64,000 nt of DNA. Origin: Bdellovibrionales bacterium. GTDB taxonomy: Bacteria > Bdellovibrionota > Bdellovibrionia > Bdellovibrionales > UBA1609. Made by a program: the position numbers and the translations under genes. Under the pieces are notes generated by a model. The model saw nothing but the letters and a program-made list of their open reading frames with translations, searched no databases and was not told the DNA's origin. Below, one piece after another: positions 10,754-21,733 of this stretch. The DNA lies in assembly GCA_965261545.1 (NCBI GenBank), contig CBDHDF010000007.1, forward strand, positions 416,001 through 480,000, in the 5' to 3' direction. Each line of letters starts with the position of its first letter. Positions within the stretch are counted from its first letter, which is position 1.

Positions 10754-13123
10754 ATGACATCAACTTTCCTAGTAAAAACAAGTGAAAAAAATAAAAGTTA
10801 TTTATTTACACCTCCTAAGAGGATTTGGAACTTACTGAAAGGAATATCGAAGTTGGTAAGACGAAACCATTTACCTAATTTGATCTCAACTCATTTCAAA
10901 AATAAAAAACATTTTGGTTTTTCTCTTATTGCTATGATGGTGTCTCTCTTTATTATGGGATTTTCTATGGCAGCTCTGATGACGCTAATGGTTCGTCAAG
11001 AAAAAGGAGGAATCGCTTTAAGTCAAAAATTTGACAGCACTCGCTTACAACAAAGTTTGTTGAGCACAATGATGAATTCTGACATATGCACTTGTCACTT
11101 TACTGCCAGTTCAAATTTCCCATTGACTTTAGATACACAGCAATTCGTGGATATTCCAATGCACTCCATTCGGAGCCACTGTGATTTTTCATCCCAAGAT
11201 AATATTCTTGCGAAGGCTGAAACCCTTATACCTGGTAGCAACTTACTGGTGAATACAATCCGGGTGACAAATATTAAATTTACAGGAATATCCAATCGAT
11301 ACTCAGGGAGTCTCAATGTAGAATACAATCAAGAAAATTTGTCTTACCCAATGGAGGCCTCTTCCATTCCTCTTATTTTAATAGTGGACTCAGAGTCAGG
11401 AACCGATGTTGCTCGTCCTATTAAGTCTTGTTGGAAGGCTAATGAAAGCAATCAAGAGATTGAAATCAGCGATAGTGAAAAGGTCCAAAATTTCAACAGA
11501 TTTTATAACGGTTGCATGTTTTTGGATTACTCTTCCGGTGAAGAAAGCGGTGGGCGAACTTTAGTGGGTTGTAATGGCACTGCAAATAATCATCACCCCC
11601 CACATAGTACGGCTTTGGGCTATCAGGCGGGAAAAAACTCATCAAATAGCGGAGACAATACCTATTTAGGTTATCTAGCTGGATCCGCACACTCTGGAAA
11701 TCAAAGCACTTTTGCAGGAAGATATTCAGGGTCGGAGGGTAGGGATGGTTCGGCAAGTACAGCGATTGGTTACCAATCAGGAACGTATTCAGGAAATAGA
11801 AACGTTGCTGTGGGGACGTATGCAGGAGCGCACTCTCAGGGAAATGAAAATGTTTTTATAGGAGCCTCGGTGGGGGGACATGGGCAGGGAAGTCGGAGTG
11901 TGGCTTTGGGTTCTCGGGCGGCGTTAAATATTTCTAATGATAACGTGGTCTTAGGCTCTATAGCTTTGCAAAATGAGGATGAAGGTGCCAATGTTGCAAT
12001 TGGCTACAGGGCTGGTTCGAATTTTGTAAAATATGGTCAGATTTTGATAGGTCACGCTGCTGGTACCCATGCCAGAGGAGATAGAAATATTTTTCTAGGC
12101 TATCAGGCAGGAAATCATAATAACAGTGATACATCTACAAATGATAATATTCTTATGGGTTCCATAGCTCGCTCCCCTAAGAATGGTGATGGTAATCTCT
12201 TTCTAGGGTCCCGAATAGCGTCACCATCGCATGCTCAAGAAAATACATTCGTGGGATCTGAGATCAACTATTACGCAAGGAGGGACGTGAAATACAACAC
12301 AATAGTGGGTGAAAGGACCTCCCGGCATTGGGAGGGTGGTGAAAAAAATGTGATGATAGGTTCCTATGTAGCTTATACATCTTATATTACAAGAGAGGAA
12401 AATTTTAGAAATGTAATTTTGGGTTCGAAGGCTGTATTGTTCAGCGATCTTAGAAATGATAGTATTTACATAGGTCATATGGTCGCGTCTAATAGGAATA
12501 ATCAACTTCGTCATTCTGAGCTCATTTTTGGAATCAAAGATAAGAGATGGTTGACAGGGGATATTTCTTCAACAGGTAATCTCTTTATCAATGGTCAACA
12601 AGTGGCTCTCACAAGTTCCAGAGAGATAAAGAAAAATATTTACCCCATAAAGAATATTAAAAAATATGTTGATGGCATCATACAAGCGCCTTTGTTTACC
12701 TATCATTATAAAGATAAGAGTATGCAACCTCAAAAGACTCGTATGGGATTTATATCTGAAGAACTTCCTGAGTATTTACAGATAAAGAAAAAAGGGCAAC
12801 TTTCTCATCCCGACTGGCCAAGTATTTATGGTTCTTTTTGGGCAAGTATCCAATATATTTATGGTATGTTGCAAAGACTCAAGAAATCCTTCTCTATGAA
12901 TACAAAAAAAATGGTCAGTAATATAAGACATTTCCATGATATACAAAATAGATTTATAGAAGACACAATGGCTTCAAAAAAAGATCTTTTAAAGATAAGA
13001 AATCAGCTCTCTCAGTCATCTCAAGATCTTAAAGCTGCCAAGCTAGAGCTTAGAGAGCTAAAAGCAGGTATAAAGGAAAAATGGAAAGACATCGAAAACA
13101 AATTTCCTCTCAAGAGGGATTGA
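10754..13123 (+). CDS. Prepilin-like N-terminus + Gly-rich fibre repeats + peptidase S74 chaperone domain (paralogue 1)
   Basis: KKHFG|FSLIAMMVSLF hydrophobic helix; CTCHF; xxxGxxAG repeats; TSSREIKKNI...RMGFISEELP; C-terminal coiled coil; start codon uncertain. Confidence 0.78.
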   Translation: MTSTFLVKTSEKNKSYLFTPPKRIWNLLKGISKLVRRNHLPNLISTHFKNKKHFGFSLIAMMVSLFIMGFSMAALMTLMVRQEKGGIALSQKFDSTRLQQSLLSTMMNSDICTCHFTASSNFPLTLDTQQFVDIPMHSIRSHCDFSSQDNILAKAETLIPGSNLLVNTIRVTNIKFTGISNRYSGSLNVEYNQENLSYPMEASSIPLILIVDSESGTDVARPIKSCWKANESNQEIEISDSEKVQNFNRFYNGCMFLDYSSGEESGGRTLVGCNGTANNHHPPHSTALGYQAGKNSSNSGDNTYLGYLAGSAHSGNQSTFAGRYSGSEGRDGSASTAIGYQSGTYSGNRNVAVGTYAGAHSQGNENVFIGASVGGHGQGSRSVALGSRAALNISNDNVVLGSIALQNEDEGANVAIGYRAGSNFVKYGQILIGHAAGTHARGDRNIFLGYQAGNHNNSDTSTNDNILMGSIARSPKNGDGNLFLGSRIASPSHAQENTFVGSEINYYARRDVKYNTIVGERTSRHWEGGEKNVMIGSYVAYTSYITREENFRNVILGSKAVLFSDLRNDSIYIGHMVASNRNNQLRHSELIFGIKDKRWLTGDISSTGNLFINGQQVALTSSREIKKNIYPIKNIKKYVDGIIQAPLFTYHYKDKSMQPQKTRMGFISEELPEYLQIKKKGQLSHPDWPSIYGSFWASIQYIYGMLQRLKKSFSMNTKKMVSNIRHFHDIQNRFIEDTMASKKDLLKIRNQLSQSSQDLKAAKLELRELKAGIKEKWKDIENKFPLKRD

Positions 13124-15312
13124 CTCTTATATCTTCATTGATCGCTGTGGTTATGATTGGTATGACCTCACTTTCTTTGGTATCTATGCAAGTATATCAA
13201 AAAAAGAAAATCTTGATTTTAAAACAGAAGCTTGTCCATATTGGTTTGAAGTCCTTTATTACAAAGGTTTTTTATAGCGGTGCTTGCTCTTGCCATTTTG
13301 ATGATGAAATCAATACCGAGGCCCCCGATGGAAGTCTCTTCTTAAATATGTCAAATACGAATGCATTAGAAAGTATCTCTTTGGAGTCCATAAGAACAGG
13401 GTGCCACTTTGATGGTAATAGAAATATAATTGTAAAAACCAATAGGGAAGTGGATTCTAGTGGAGGACTCGTTGTGAAGAGTATTGTCGTTAAAGACCTC
13501 GTGGCTACAGGAACCTCCGATGCATATTCTGGAAATCTTGTCATAAGTTATACAGAGCCCAGTCAAAAGTTTCTTTTAAAGCCTATTTCTATACCTCTCA
13601 CTTTATCCATTGATACAAGTTCGGGAACTCCAGAGGCTAGACCCATTCAATCTTGTTGGCAAAGGGAAGACGGTAATAATAGTGGTGCTGAAGAAATTGA
13701 AAACAATAGTTTCTCATCGAATAATATGAATTGTGCTCAAGTAACAAGAAGTTCCCACGTTCATAGTGAAAGTAGCCTTTTGAGTTGTGGGGCACAAAAC
13801 CAAGAGAGGAAAACAGGAATAGGATTTAGTGTGGGGGATGCCAACCCTACAGACAACACCAATAATACTACTTATTTGGGACATGCATCTGGTCAATCCG
13901 CATCTTTTAGTGAAGGAGTTTTTTTAGGCTATAAGGCGGGTCGAAGTCTTTCTGGTCTTTATAATACTGCCATTGGTTATCTTGCTGGCAAAAGTACACA
14001 GACTGGAAATCGTAATAATGTGTTGCTAGGGGTGAATATAGGGAATTCTTCCAAGACATCGGAAAGTACTGTAATAGGAACTTATGCAGGGCAATCATCG
14101 ACTAATTCTGCTGTTTTTGTTGGAACAAAAGCCGGTCAACATGTTCGAGAAGGAATCCTTATAGGCCACGAAGCAGGACTGTCACGGTATGGTATTCAGT
14201 CGTCAGATATCCTTATAGGAAACAAAGTAGGAAGATATACCCCGTCTTACGGGCAAAATCTGGTGATTGGTCATCAGGCAGCCATGAGGGGCAATCTTGT
14301 AAGGGCTGTTGGAATCGGTAAGTCCGCTGGCAGTGAAGGCATTAGTAGTTCTATCGTGGTAGGATTTCAGGCAGGCCAAAGAAATAAAAAACACCAAAAC
14401 TCTTTTTTGGGAGGACAATCGGGTGCTAACGTCAGAGATGGAAATTGGAATAGTTTTATTGGTTTCCAATCGGGATTTAACAAGAGGTCTGGAAATAGTT
14501 CTACCTACATTGGGACCTTTGCAGGGTTCAATGACCGATATACCTATGAAAATCTCTGCTTAGGATGGAAGTCTTGTTACCAAATCGCGGGGAATCATAA
14601 TACCATGTTGGGTGCTGGCTCTGGACAGAGTAACCTTGGAGCCCGTAATATATTTATTGGTCATGGAGTGGGTTCTTTACAATCTCATCGTTATCTTAAT
14701 GACACATTCATGATCGGAACTGAAAACCATCAAGAATGGCTGCGTGGAGAAATATCATCAGTTTCAACACTTCTTTTAAATGGCACCCCTATAACCATTC
14801 AAAGTTCGAGAGCTTTGAAGAAAAACATATCTTCTACGAAGAGTCTTAAAAAGTATTTTCAACTTATACTTGAAACTCCTCTTTTCACTTACCAATATAA
14901 AGACCCAAATCTTCAATCTGATAAGGTACGCATGGGTATTATTTCTGAAGAACTTCCTGATGATTTGCAAATTAAAAGAAAGGGAAAACTCTCTCAGCCA
15001 GATTGGCCAAGTATTTATGGAATTTTTGCAGCTAGTATCAAATGGATTTACAACTCTACATTGAATTTGGAAAAAAGTATGTCCACAAAAATGATAACCT
15101 TTGTGGATTTATTGACATCTCTTAAAAATGATATGAAGAGGATGCGAAAAAGGCGTGATAAATGGGTAAAAAATTCTTATGAAACAAAGAGGAGCATCAA
15201 GCAATCTCAAGAGAATATAAGAAAAATAAGAGATGAAATAAAACATGTAAAATCTAATACAGAAAAAAAATTAGGAGAACTTATGGATGATTCACTAATT
15301 ATGGATCCATGA
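13081..15312 (+). CDS. Prepilin-like N-terminus + fibre repeats + S74 domain (paralogue 2)
   Basis: QEG|LTLISSLIAVVMIG; CSCHF; GxxAG repeats; QSSRALKKNI...RMGIISEELP; overlaps paralogue 1. Confidence 0.78.
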   Translation: MERHRKQISSQEGLTLISSLIAVVMIGMTSLSLVSMQVYQKKKILILKQKLVHIGLKSFITKVFYSGACSCHFDDEINTEAPDGSLFLNMSNTNALESISLESIRTGCHFDGNRNIIVKTNREVDSSGGLVVKSIVVKDLVATGTSDAYSGNLVISYTEPSQKFLLKPISIPLTLSIDTSSGTPEARPIQSCWQREDGNNSGAEEIENNSFSSNNMNCAQVTRSSHVHSESSLLSCGAQNQERKTGIGFSVGDANPTDNTNNTTYLGHASGQSASFSEGVFLGYKAGRSLSGLYNTAIGYLAGKSTQTGNRNNVLLGVNIGNSSKTSESTVIGTYAGQSSTNSAVFVGTKAGQHVREGILIGHEAGLSRYGIQSSDILIGNKVGRYTPSYGQNLVIGHQAAMRGNLVRAVGIGKSAGSEGISSSIVVGFQAGQRNKKHQNSFLGGQSGANVRDGNWNSFIGFQSGFNKRSGNSSTYIGTFAGFNDRYTYENLCLGWKSCYQIAGNHNTMLGAGSGQSNLGARNIFIGHGVGSLQSHRYLNDTFMIGTENHQEWLRGEISSVSTLLLNGTPITIQSSRALKKNISSTKSLKKYFQLILETPLFTYQYKDPNLQSDKVRMGIISEELPDDLQIKRKGKLSQPDWPSIYGIFAASIKWIYNSTLNLEKSMSTKMITFVDLLTSLKNDMKRMRKRRDKWVKNSYETKRSIKQSQENIRKIRDEIKHVKSNTEKKLGELMDDSLIMDP

Positions 15313-17639
15313 TAAGGAAAAATATGAATTTAGTAGACACTAAAAGTACCAACAAGAGCATCAACAAGAATATTTGTGGAAGTTATGGTTTTGCCATACC
15401 TTCGATTCTTCTGTCTATTTCTATGATGAGCATATCTATGTTGTCTTTCTTATCCAAAGTCAATATGGGGAATCAAGAGTCTGAGTATTTATCTCATCAA
15501 ACTCAAAGGCAGAGTATTGAGTTCGCTGTCAAGAAAATCATAGAGTCGAATATATGCACTTGTCACTTTGATTCAACACAAAATACAAACATTTCTTCTG
15601 CATCATTAAAAATTAATACCATATCCTTAGAGGATATTCCACTTGAAGCTATAAGAACCGGTTGTGACTTTAATTCGGCCGATAATATTTTAATTCAAGA
15701 GGGGGAGTCCCTAGAAGATGGTTTGGTGATTGATACAATCAAAGTGTCCAATATGAGCCCCAAAGAGGGAAGCAATAAAGTTGTTTTGGGAGATATTATT
15801 ATTGGGTATACAAGCGAAGGCAACACAAGAAATCTCCACCCCTCTGCAATCCCTGTATCTTTTACCATTGATCCAAACTCAGGGTCTAATGAAAGTCGAC
15901 CTATCAAAGAGTGTAAGGTTCCTGACGACGACAACGATGATGAATCAAGTCCATCAGGATTTCCATGTTATTTTGCAGATACAGAGACCGATTGGAGGGG
16001 GCGAACTCTTTTCGGTTGTGGAATATCCATAAATGAGAATCAATCTCGGTTTACAACATCTTTTGGATTTGGGGCTGGGAAGTCTTCAGGTTCTTCTAAC
16101 TCGAACATGGGAAATACTTATTTTGGGTACGAAGCGGGGATGAATCATCAAAGTTCCGAGAGCACAATGATAGGTTATAGAGCGGGAAAAATGTCTGTGA
16201 ACTTAAAGCGTAGCAATCTTATTGGGTATCAAGCTGGAGGAAATGTCATTTCGGGACAGGATCTTCATTTCATTGGAGCCGAGGCCGGTCTAGAAACATT
16301 GAGGGGAAATAGCAATATTTTTATAGGAGCTTCAGCAGGAAGACAGAACCTGGTAGGAAATAAAAATATTTTCTTGGGTTATGAGGCTGGTCGAAATGGA
16401 ACTACTACGCATGAAAATATTTTTATAGGCTATAGAGCGGGGTTTTCAAACACAAAAAATCGAAATGTTTTTATTGGTTCCCAGGCAGGAGAAGCCAATG
16501 TCTTAGGGGAAGATTCTGTGGTTATTGGTTATCGTGCGGGCTATAAAAATCCGCTTATAAACAAGAGTGTTTTTGTGGGAACTTTGTCGGGAAGTGAGAG
16601 TAATGGAGGTGACCGCTCTGTATTCATAGGCTATTCATCTGGCCAAAAGAACGAAGGAAATTATAATACATTTATAGGAAATTACACTGGAGTGGAAAAT
16701 ACGGATGGTGAAGAGAATGTTTTTGTAGGACACAGATCCGGTGAATCCAATAGCAGTGGATCAAAGAATACATTTCTTGGATATTTAGCAGGACACAATA
16801 ACATATCAGGGCTCAGCAATACTGCCATAGGCTGGAAAGCTGGCTATAACAATACCACGGGGAGTTTTAATACCATGATTGGATATCGTGCGGGATATTA
16901 TAGCACAGGAAGTCATAATATATTTATAGGTACAAATGCAGGTGATGATGAAGTATCTTATAGCAATACAAATTCTAAATTTGTTCTGGGCAATACAGAT
17001 GCAAAAAATTGGCTCAAGGGAGACATGACTCCCACTGGAAATCTCTATGTCAATGATCAGCAAGTTGTGATGGCAAGTTCAAGATTTTTAAAGAAAAATA
17101 TTCATCCCGTTGTCCAATTTAGAAAATATTTGAATGACCTCTTAAAAACTCCTCTTTTTACATATCAATATAAAAGCCCGAGAAATCAACCCCACAAAAC
17201 CCGTATAGGGGTTATATCTGAAGAACTTCCTCAAAACTTAAAAATTCAGACGAAGAGTGGACTCCCCCATCCCGATTGGCCCACCGTATATGGTTCTTTT
17301 TGGGCGAGCCTCAAAGCCCTCCATGAAATCAAGAAAGAATTGAAAGAACAATTTCTATCAAAATATAAAGGCTTTTTATCTGAACTTCAATCCATAAAAA
17401 AGAAGCAGCTTCAAGCAATTAAGATATGGACCCATCACAAAAAAGAAATCGCCTCCACAAAGTCTCAATTGCGTCAGATTCATCTCGAAATAGAGCAAAT
17501 TCAAAGAGAGATTTTAAAAATCACAAAGAAGTTTGATGAAGATTGGAAAAATTTGGCGGTAAGACTCTCACCCCCTTCGACGCTATCACCATCACCTCTA
17601 AACCCTCCTACTTCTGACTTGCATCACATCCATCAGTGA
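15309..17639 (+). CDS. Prepilin-like N-terminus + fibre repeats + S74 domain (paralogue 3)
   Basis: YG|FAIPSILLSISMM; CTCHF; NxFIGYxAG repeats; ASSRFLKKNI...RIGVISEELP; ATGA overlap with paralogue 2. Confidence 0.78.
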   Translation: MIRKNMNLVDTKSTNKSINKNICGSYGFAIPSILLSISMMSISMLSFLSKVNMGNQESEYLSHQTQRQSIEFAVKKIIESNICTCHFDSTQNTNISSASLKINTISLEDIPLEAIRTGCDFNSADNILIQEGESLEDGLVIDTIKVSNMSPKEGSNKVVLGDIIIGYTSEGNTRNLHPSAIPVSFTIDPNSGSNESRPIKECKVPDDDNDDESSPSGFPCYFADTETDWRGRTLFGCGISINENQSRFTTSFGFGAGKSSGSSNSNMGNTYFGYEAGMNHQSSESTMIGYRAGKMSVNLKRSNLIGYQAGGNVISGQDLHFIGAEAGLETLRGNSNIFIGASAGRQNLVGNKNIFLGYEAGRNGTTTHENIFIGYRAGFSNTKNRNVFIGSQAGEANVLGEDSVVIGYRAGYKNPLINKSVFVGTLSGSESNGGDRSVFIGYSSGQKNEGNYNTFIGNYTGVENTDGEENVFVGHRSGESNSSGSKNTFLGYLAGHNNISGLSNTAIGWKAGYNNTTGSFNTMIGYRAGYYSTGSHNIFIGTNAGDDEVSYSNTNSKFVLGNTDAKNWLKGDMTPTGNLYVNDQQVVMASSRFLKKNIHPVVQFRKYLNDLLKTPLFTYQYKSPRNQPHKTRIGVISEELPQNLKIQTKSGLPHPDWPTVYGSFWASLKALHEIKKELKEQFLSKYKGFLSELQSIKKKQLQAIKIWTHHKKEIASTKSQLRQIHLEIEQIQREILKITKKFDEDWKNLAVRLSPPSTLSPSPLNPPTSDLHHIHQ

Positions 17640-17661
17640 TGGGTCCCATCGTGTAGTCCCA

Positions 17662-20600
17662 TCAGTGATGGCCTCCATCGCGAATGATCCAGCCCCCTCC
17701 TTCTTGACTCACTAAGTTGGCCCGTGCTGATACGGCACTGGAGTTGTATTGCAATGTGCTCACATCGATAACTTTCTGGATGCTGGTGCTTGTGGGTGCT
17801 CTCTCATCAAAGCTGATTAAAAACTTTGAGTAACTTTCAATGGAAAGTCCCGATGAGAAAAAGAGATTATGGACATTCGTGACATTTGAAAAATCCCACC
17901 TACTTGTGTCTGGGATAGCTTGGGCGGCATAGGAAAAGGCCAGGGACATATCTGTGACACTGGAAGTATCCCAACGACTTGTGTCTGGAGTGGCGACTTG
18001 GGTACCATAAAATAGACCTTTCATATTGGTCACACTGGAGGTGTCCCAATCACTTGTATCTGGGTTCACTTTAAAGGCATAGGAAAACATAAAGGACATA
18101 TTGGTGACATTGGAAGTGTCCCAGCCACTTGTCTCTGGGGTGGCTTTGCGAGCCTCATAAAACATATGCGACATATTGGTCACACCTGATGTGTTTCCCC
18201 CAAAAACACCTTCGAGATTGGAATTGTCTTTAAAGGCTTTAGAGAGATCTTTCCAGCCCATATTTCCGAGGTTGCTCACCTTTAGCAAATTTCTTCTTGA
18301 GGATGAATCATTTTGGAATCCCTCACAAAGGCCCTTGATCGTGACCTTATATTCTCCATGACTTTCGTATTGATGCACCTTATCGGAATCATTAAAAGAT
18401 GTCACCTCACTCGTATTTCCATCTCCCCAATCCACGGTAAAGTTATAATTTAATGATGAACCTGGCTTAAGAGGGAGGGTGAGGGAACGATTACCTAGGA
18501 TTCTCCACTTTGTGATAAAGTAATTAAGGTCGTTAACAATCGATGTATTTATTTGGGCTCGTCCTCCATCCTGACTTGCCTCAATGAAAACCTGTGGGGA
18601 AGATATGTTTTGTAAGTTAAAAATTCCTGAAAATATGTTGCTCTCTGTGCAAGATAGAGATTTTTCCACATTTGGTTTTCCAACAATCACCTGGACAGTT
18701 CCAAGGTTTGCATTGCAAGTTCCATGGACTCTGTAGTTTGCTGCATTGGCTGAAGAAAGAGGATCCATGGATGCGGTATCTATGCTCAACCATGGCACAT
18801 TAATACCAACACTCAAAGATTGACTGTCCACTCCTCCATCCATAATGGACCAACCAGAACTTCTCAAGTTGTGATGGGCCAATAAGGCATGCAAGCTGTA
18901 TTGCAATGTCCCTACATCGATCACTTTCTTAATACTATTGCTTGTAGGTATTCTTTCATTGAATCCTATTAAAAAGTCTGAATAACCCTCCACAGATAAA
19001 CCTGACTCCGAAAAAATACGCTCGATATGGGTCACATTTCGAAAATCCCAAAGGCTTGTATCTGGATCCGCTAGAGTCGCATATTCAAACATGCTATTCA
19101 TCTTTGTAACATGAGGAGTCTTCCAACCACTGGTATTTGGGTCCGCTTGACGGGCATTAAAAAACATATTTGACATATCTGTGACGCTGGAAGTGTCCCA
19201 ACCACTGGTGTTTGGGTCCGCTTGAGCAGCATAAGAAAACATACCTTTCATATTGGTGACACTCGAAGTGTTCCAAGCACTCGTATTTGGATTGGCTCGG
19301 GGAGTGCTAGAAAACATATTTGACATATCTGTAACGCTGGAAGTGTCCCATCCACTGGTATCTGGAGTGGCTTGGGCGGCACGGTAAAACATACCTTTCA
19401 TATTGGTGACACTCGAAGTGTTCCAACCACTGGTATCTAGAACAACCTGACGAGCTTCATAAAACATATTTGACATATTGGTCACACCGGATGTGTTGCC
19501 TCCAGTCAATTGTGTGAGATAATTATTGCCTTGAAAAGCCTGGGATAAATCTTTCCATCCCACACTTCCAAGATTGACAACCTTAATGAGAAAATTATTT
19601 GAAGCAGATGAATCATTCTGAAACCCCTCACAAAGGCCTTTGATAGCGATCTTGTATTTTCCGCCCCTTGTATATCTATGCACTTTATCGGAATCTTCAA
19701 AGGATGTGATGTGACTAACAGCTGTGTTATCCCCCCAGTCCACGATGAAATTGTAGTTCAACCCCGCATCTGATTTCAAGGGAAGTGTGAATTGGTGATT
19801 ACTTGGAAACTGCCACTCTGTGACAAAGCGCTCATTGAGTTCACTGACAAAAGAGGAATTGGCCACGGCACTCACCCCATCCTGACTAACGCTTACAGTG
19901 GCCGATTCAGAAGAGATGTTCCATAAATCAAAACTTCCTGAGAATGTATTGTCTGCAGCACAGGGTACATCTTTCTGAACATTGGGTTCTCCAACAACGA
20001 CTCTAACAACTCCAAGATTTGCATTGCAAGTACCGCTAATTGTGTAGGAATTCGCATTGTATACAGTGATGGGCTGGACCTGAGAATGGAGACTCAACCA
20101 TGGTATAGTCTTGATATCTAGGGCGTCATGACTTAAACCTCCATCTGTGATTCTCCACCCTTTTTGCTTGAGGCGATGGCGAGCTGGCGCCGCACTGTAG
20201 TTGTATTTGACTGTGCCCACATGGATGGACTTATTGAAGCTTGTACTTCTAGGTGGTTTTGCATCCAGCCTTATTAAAAATTTTGAATAATTGGACATGG
20301 ATAAACTGGATGATCGAAACAGGTTATCAAAGTTCTTATTTTCAACAAGACCATTGATGACATTTGTAAAATTCCAACCACTTGTATCTGGATCCGCTTT
20401 TAGGGCACCCCCAAACATATGATCCATGTGGGTGACCTTGGAGGTATCCCAGCCACTGGTATCTGGAGTCGCCTGTAGAGCCCCCGTAAACATATGCTCC
20501 ATATGAATCACCTTGGAGGTATCCCAACCACTGGTATCTGGAGTCGCTTGAGAGGCAGCATAAAACATACCTGACATATCGTTGACGCCGGAAGTATCCC

Positions 20601-21654
20601 AACCACTCGTATCTGGCGTCACGTAATGAGAGTTATTAAACATACTATTCATCTTGGTCACACGGGATGTATTCCCCCCAAAAACCTTGGTGAGAGAGGA
20701 ATTGCTTTGAAAAGCATGGGATAAATCTTTCCACCCCATATTTCCAAGATTGACAACCTTAAATAGATAACCACTTAAAGGTGATACGTTATTTTGAAAC
20801 CCCTCACAAAGTCCCGTTATTGTAATCGTATACTCTCCAGCTTTTTTATACCTATGCGCTTTATCGAGATCTTCAAATGATGTGATGTGACTCACAGACG
20901 TTCTATCTCCCCAATCCACAGTGAAATTATACTTTAACCCCCTATTTGACTTGAGAGGCAGAGTGAATTGAAAATTTTCTGGAAAATTCCATTTTGTGAC
21001 AAAGCGTTTGATATTGTTAGCAATAGAAGAGCTTCTTACAACTGTTGCTCTCTTATTTCCATATTGACCGGTCTCATATTGAGTGACGGCAATGGTAACA
21101 GGATGAGAAGATATATTTTGCACATCAAAGGTTCCTGAAAATGTATTGTTTTCTGCACAGGGTAAAGTTTTTTGTGCATCCGGTTTGCCAATAACAACTC
21201 TGACATTACCGAGGTTCGACTTACAAGTTCCATAAATGGTGTAAGCCCCTGCATTGGATAGAGAAATATCGGGCAATAAAGAACTAATACTCAATGCTAT
21301 TGGATCTGTTGTATCTTCCTTGCTAGATCCCTCAGAGCTGATAACACCACAGTTCAAATTGTTTGTTCCCTCGGATTCTTGTGGTTCTAAAGACTGTGCA
21401 TACCTCTTCCACTGCAAACATATAGGCTCTCCAGCACAATCTTCATCACTTGGTCTTGGTACTTCTGATATAGCTCCACTTGAACTTTCTAAGCCAGAAG
21501 AAGAGTCAGAAGAAGAACCAGAGGAAGAGTCAGCAACACTTGGAAAAGAAAAAAGGAAGGCGGAGACAATAAATAATAGTTTAAATAATTTGAATAATTT
21601 TATTGTATACAACAATTTTATATTTATATTTATATTTATAATATTTATATTCAT
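17662..21654 (-). CDS. Large secreted DUF285/BspA-like protein with 3 Ig-like/PKD-like/repeat modules
   Basis: Signal peptide ending SVA; GGAGG RBS; three copies of GTC...C / FVTKW...VDWGD / WDTSxVTxM repeats / GWxIxDGG. Confidence 0.88.
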   Translation of the reverse strand: MNINIINININIKLLYTIKLFKLFKLLFIVSAFLFSFPSVADSSSGSSSDSSSGLESSSGAISEVPRPSDEDCAGEPICLQWKRYAQSLEPQESEGTNNLNCGVISSEGSSKEDTTDPIALSISSLLPDISLSNAGAYTIYGTCKSNLGNVRVVIGKPDAQKTLPCAENNTFSGTFDVQNISSHPVTIAVTQYETGQYGNKRATVVRSSSIANNIKRFVTKWNFPENFQFTLPLKSNRGLKYNFTVDWGDRTSVSHITSFEDLDKAHRYKKAGEYTITITGLCEGFQNNVSPLSGYLFKVVNLGNMGWKDLSHAFQSNSSLTKVFGGNTSRVTKMNSMFNNSHYVTPDTSGWDTSGVNDMSGMFYAASQATPDTSGWDTSKVIHMEHMFTGALQATPDTSGWDTSKVTHMDHMFGGALKADPDTSGWNFTNVINGLVENKNFDNLFRSSSLSMSNYSKFLIRLDAKPPRSTSFNKSIHVGTVKYNYSAAPARHRLKQKGWRITDGGLSHDALDIKTIPWLSLHSQVQPITVYNANSYTISGTCNANLGVVRVVVGEPNVQKDVPCAADNTFSGSFDLWNISSESATVSVSQDGVSAVANSSFVSELNERFVTEWQFPSNHQFTLPLKSDAGLNYNFIVDWGDNTAVSHITSFEDSDKVHRYTRGGKYKIAIKGLCEGFQNDSSASNNFLIKVVNLGSVGWKDLSQAFQGNNYLTQLTGGNTSGVTNMSNMFYEARQVVLDTSGWNTSSVTNMKGMFYRAAQATPDTSGWDTSSVTDMSNMFSSTPRANPNTSAWNTSSVTNMKGMFSYAAQADPNTSGWDTSSVTDMSNMFFNARQADPNTSGWKTPHVTKMNSMFEYATLADPDTSLWDFRNVTHIERIFSESGLSVEGYSDFLIGFNERIPTSNSIKKVIDVGTLQYSLHALLAHHNLRSSGWSIMDGGVDSQSLSVGINVPWLSIDTASMDPLSSANAANYRVHGTCNANLGTVQVIVGKPNVEKSLSCTESNIFSGIFNLQNISSPQVFIEASQDGGRAQINTSIVNDLNYFITKWRILGNRSLTLPLKPGSSLNYNFTVDWGDGNTSEVTSFNDSDKVHQYESHGEYKVTIKGLCEGFQNDSSSRRNLLKVSNLGNMGWKDLSKAFKDNSNLEGVFGGNTSGVTNMSHMFYEARKATPETSGWDTSNVTNMSFMFSYAFKVNPDTSDWDTSSVTNMKGLFYGTQVATPDTSRWDTSSVTDMSLAFSYAAQAIPDTSRWDFSNVTNVHNLFFSSGLSIESYSKFLISFDERAPTSTSIQKVIDVSTLQYNSSAVSARANLVSQEGGGWIIRDGGHH

Positions 21655-21733
21655 CTTACAACCTCCTCATTTATTCTCATTTGACAAAGCAACTTCTTAC
21701 CACCTTCATTTCCCCAAAAACATCTGAAATGAC

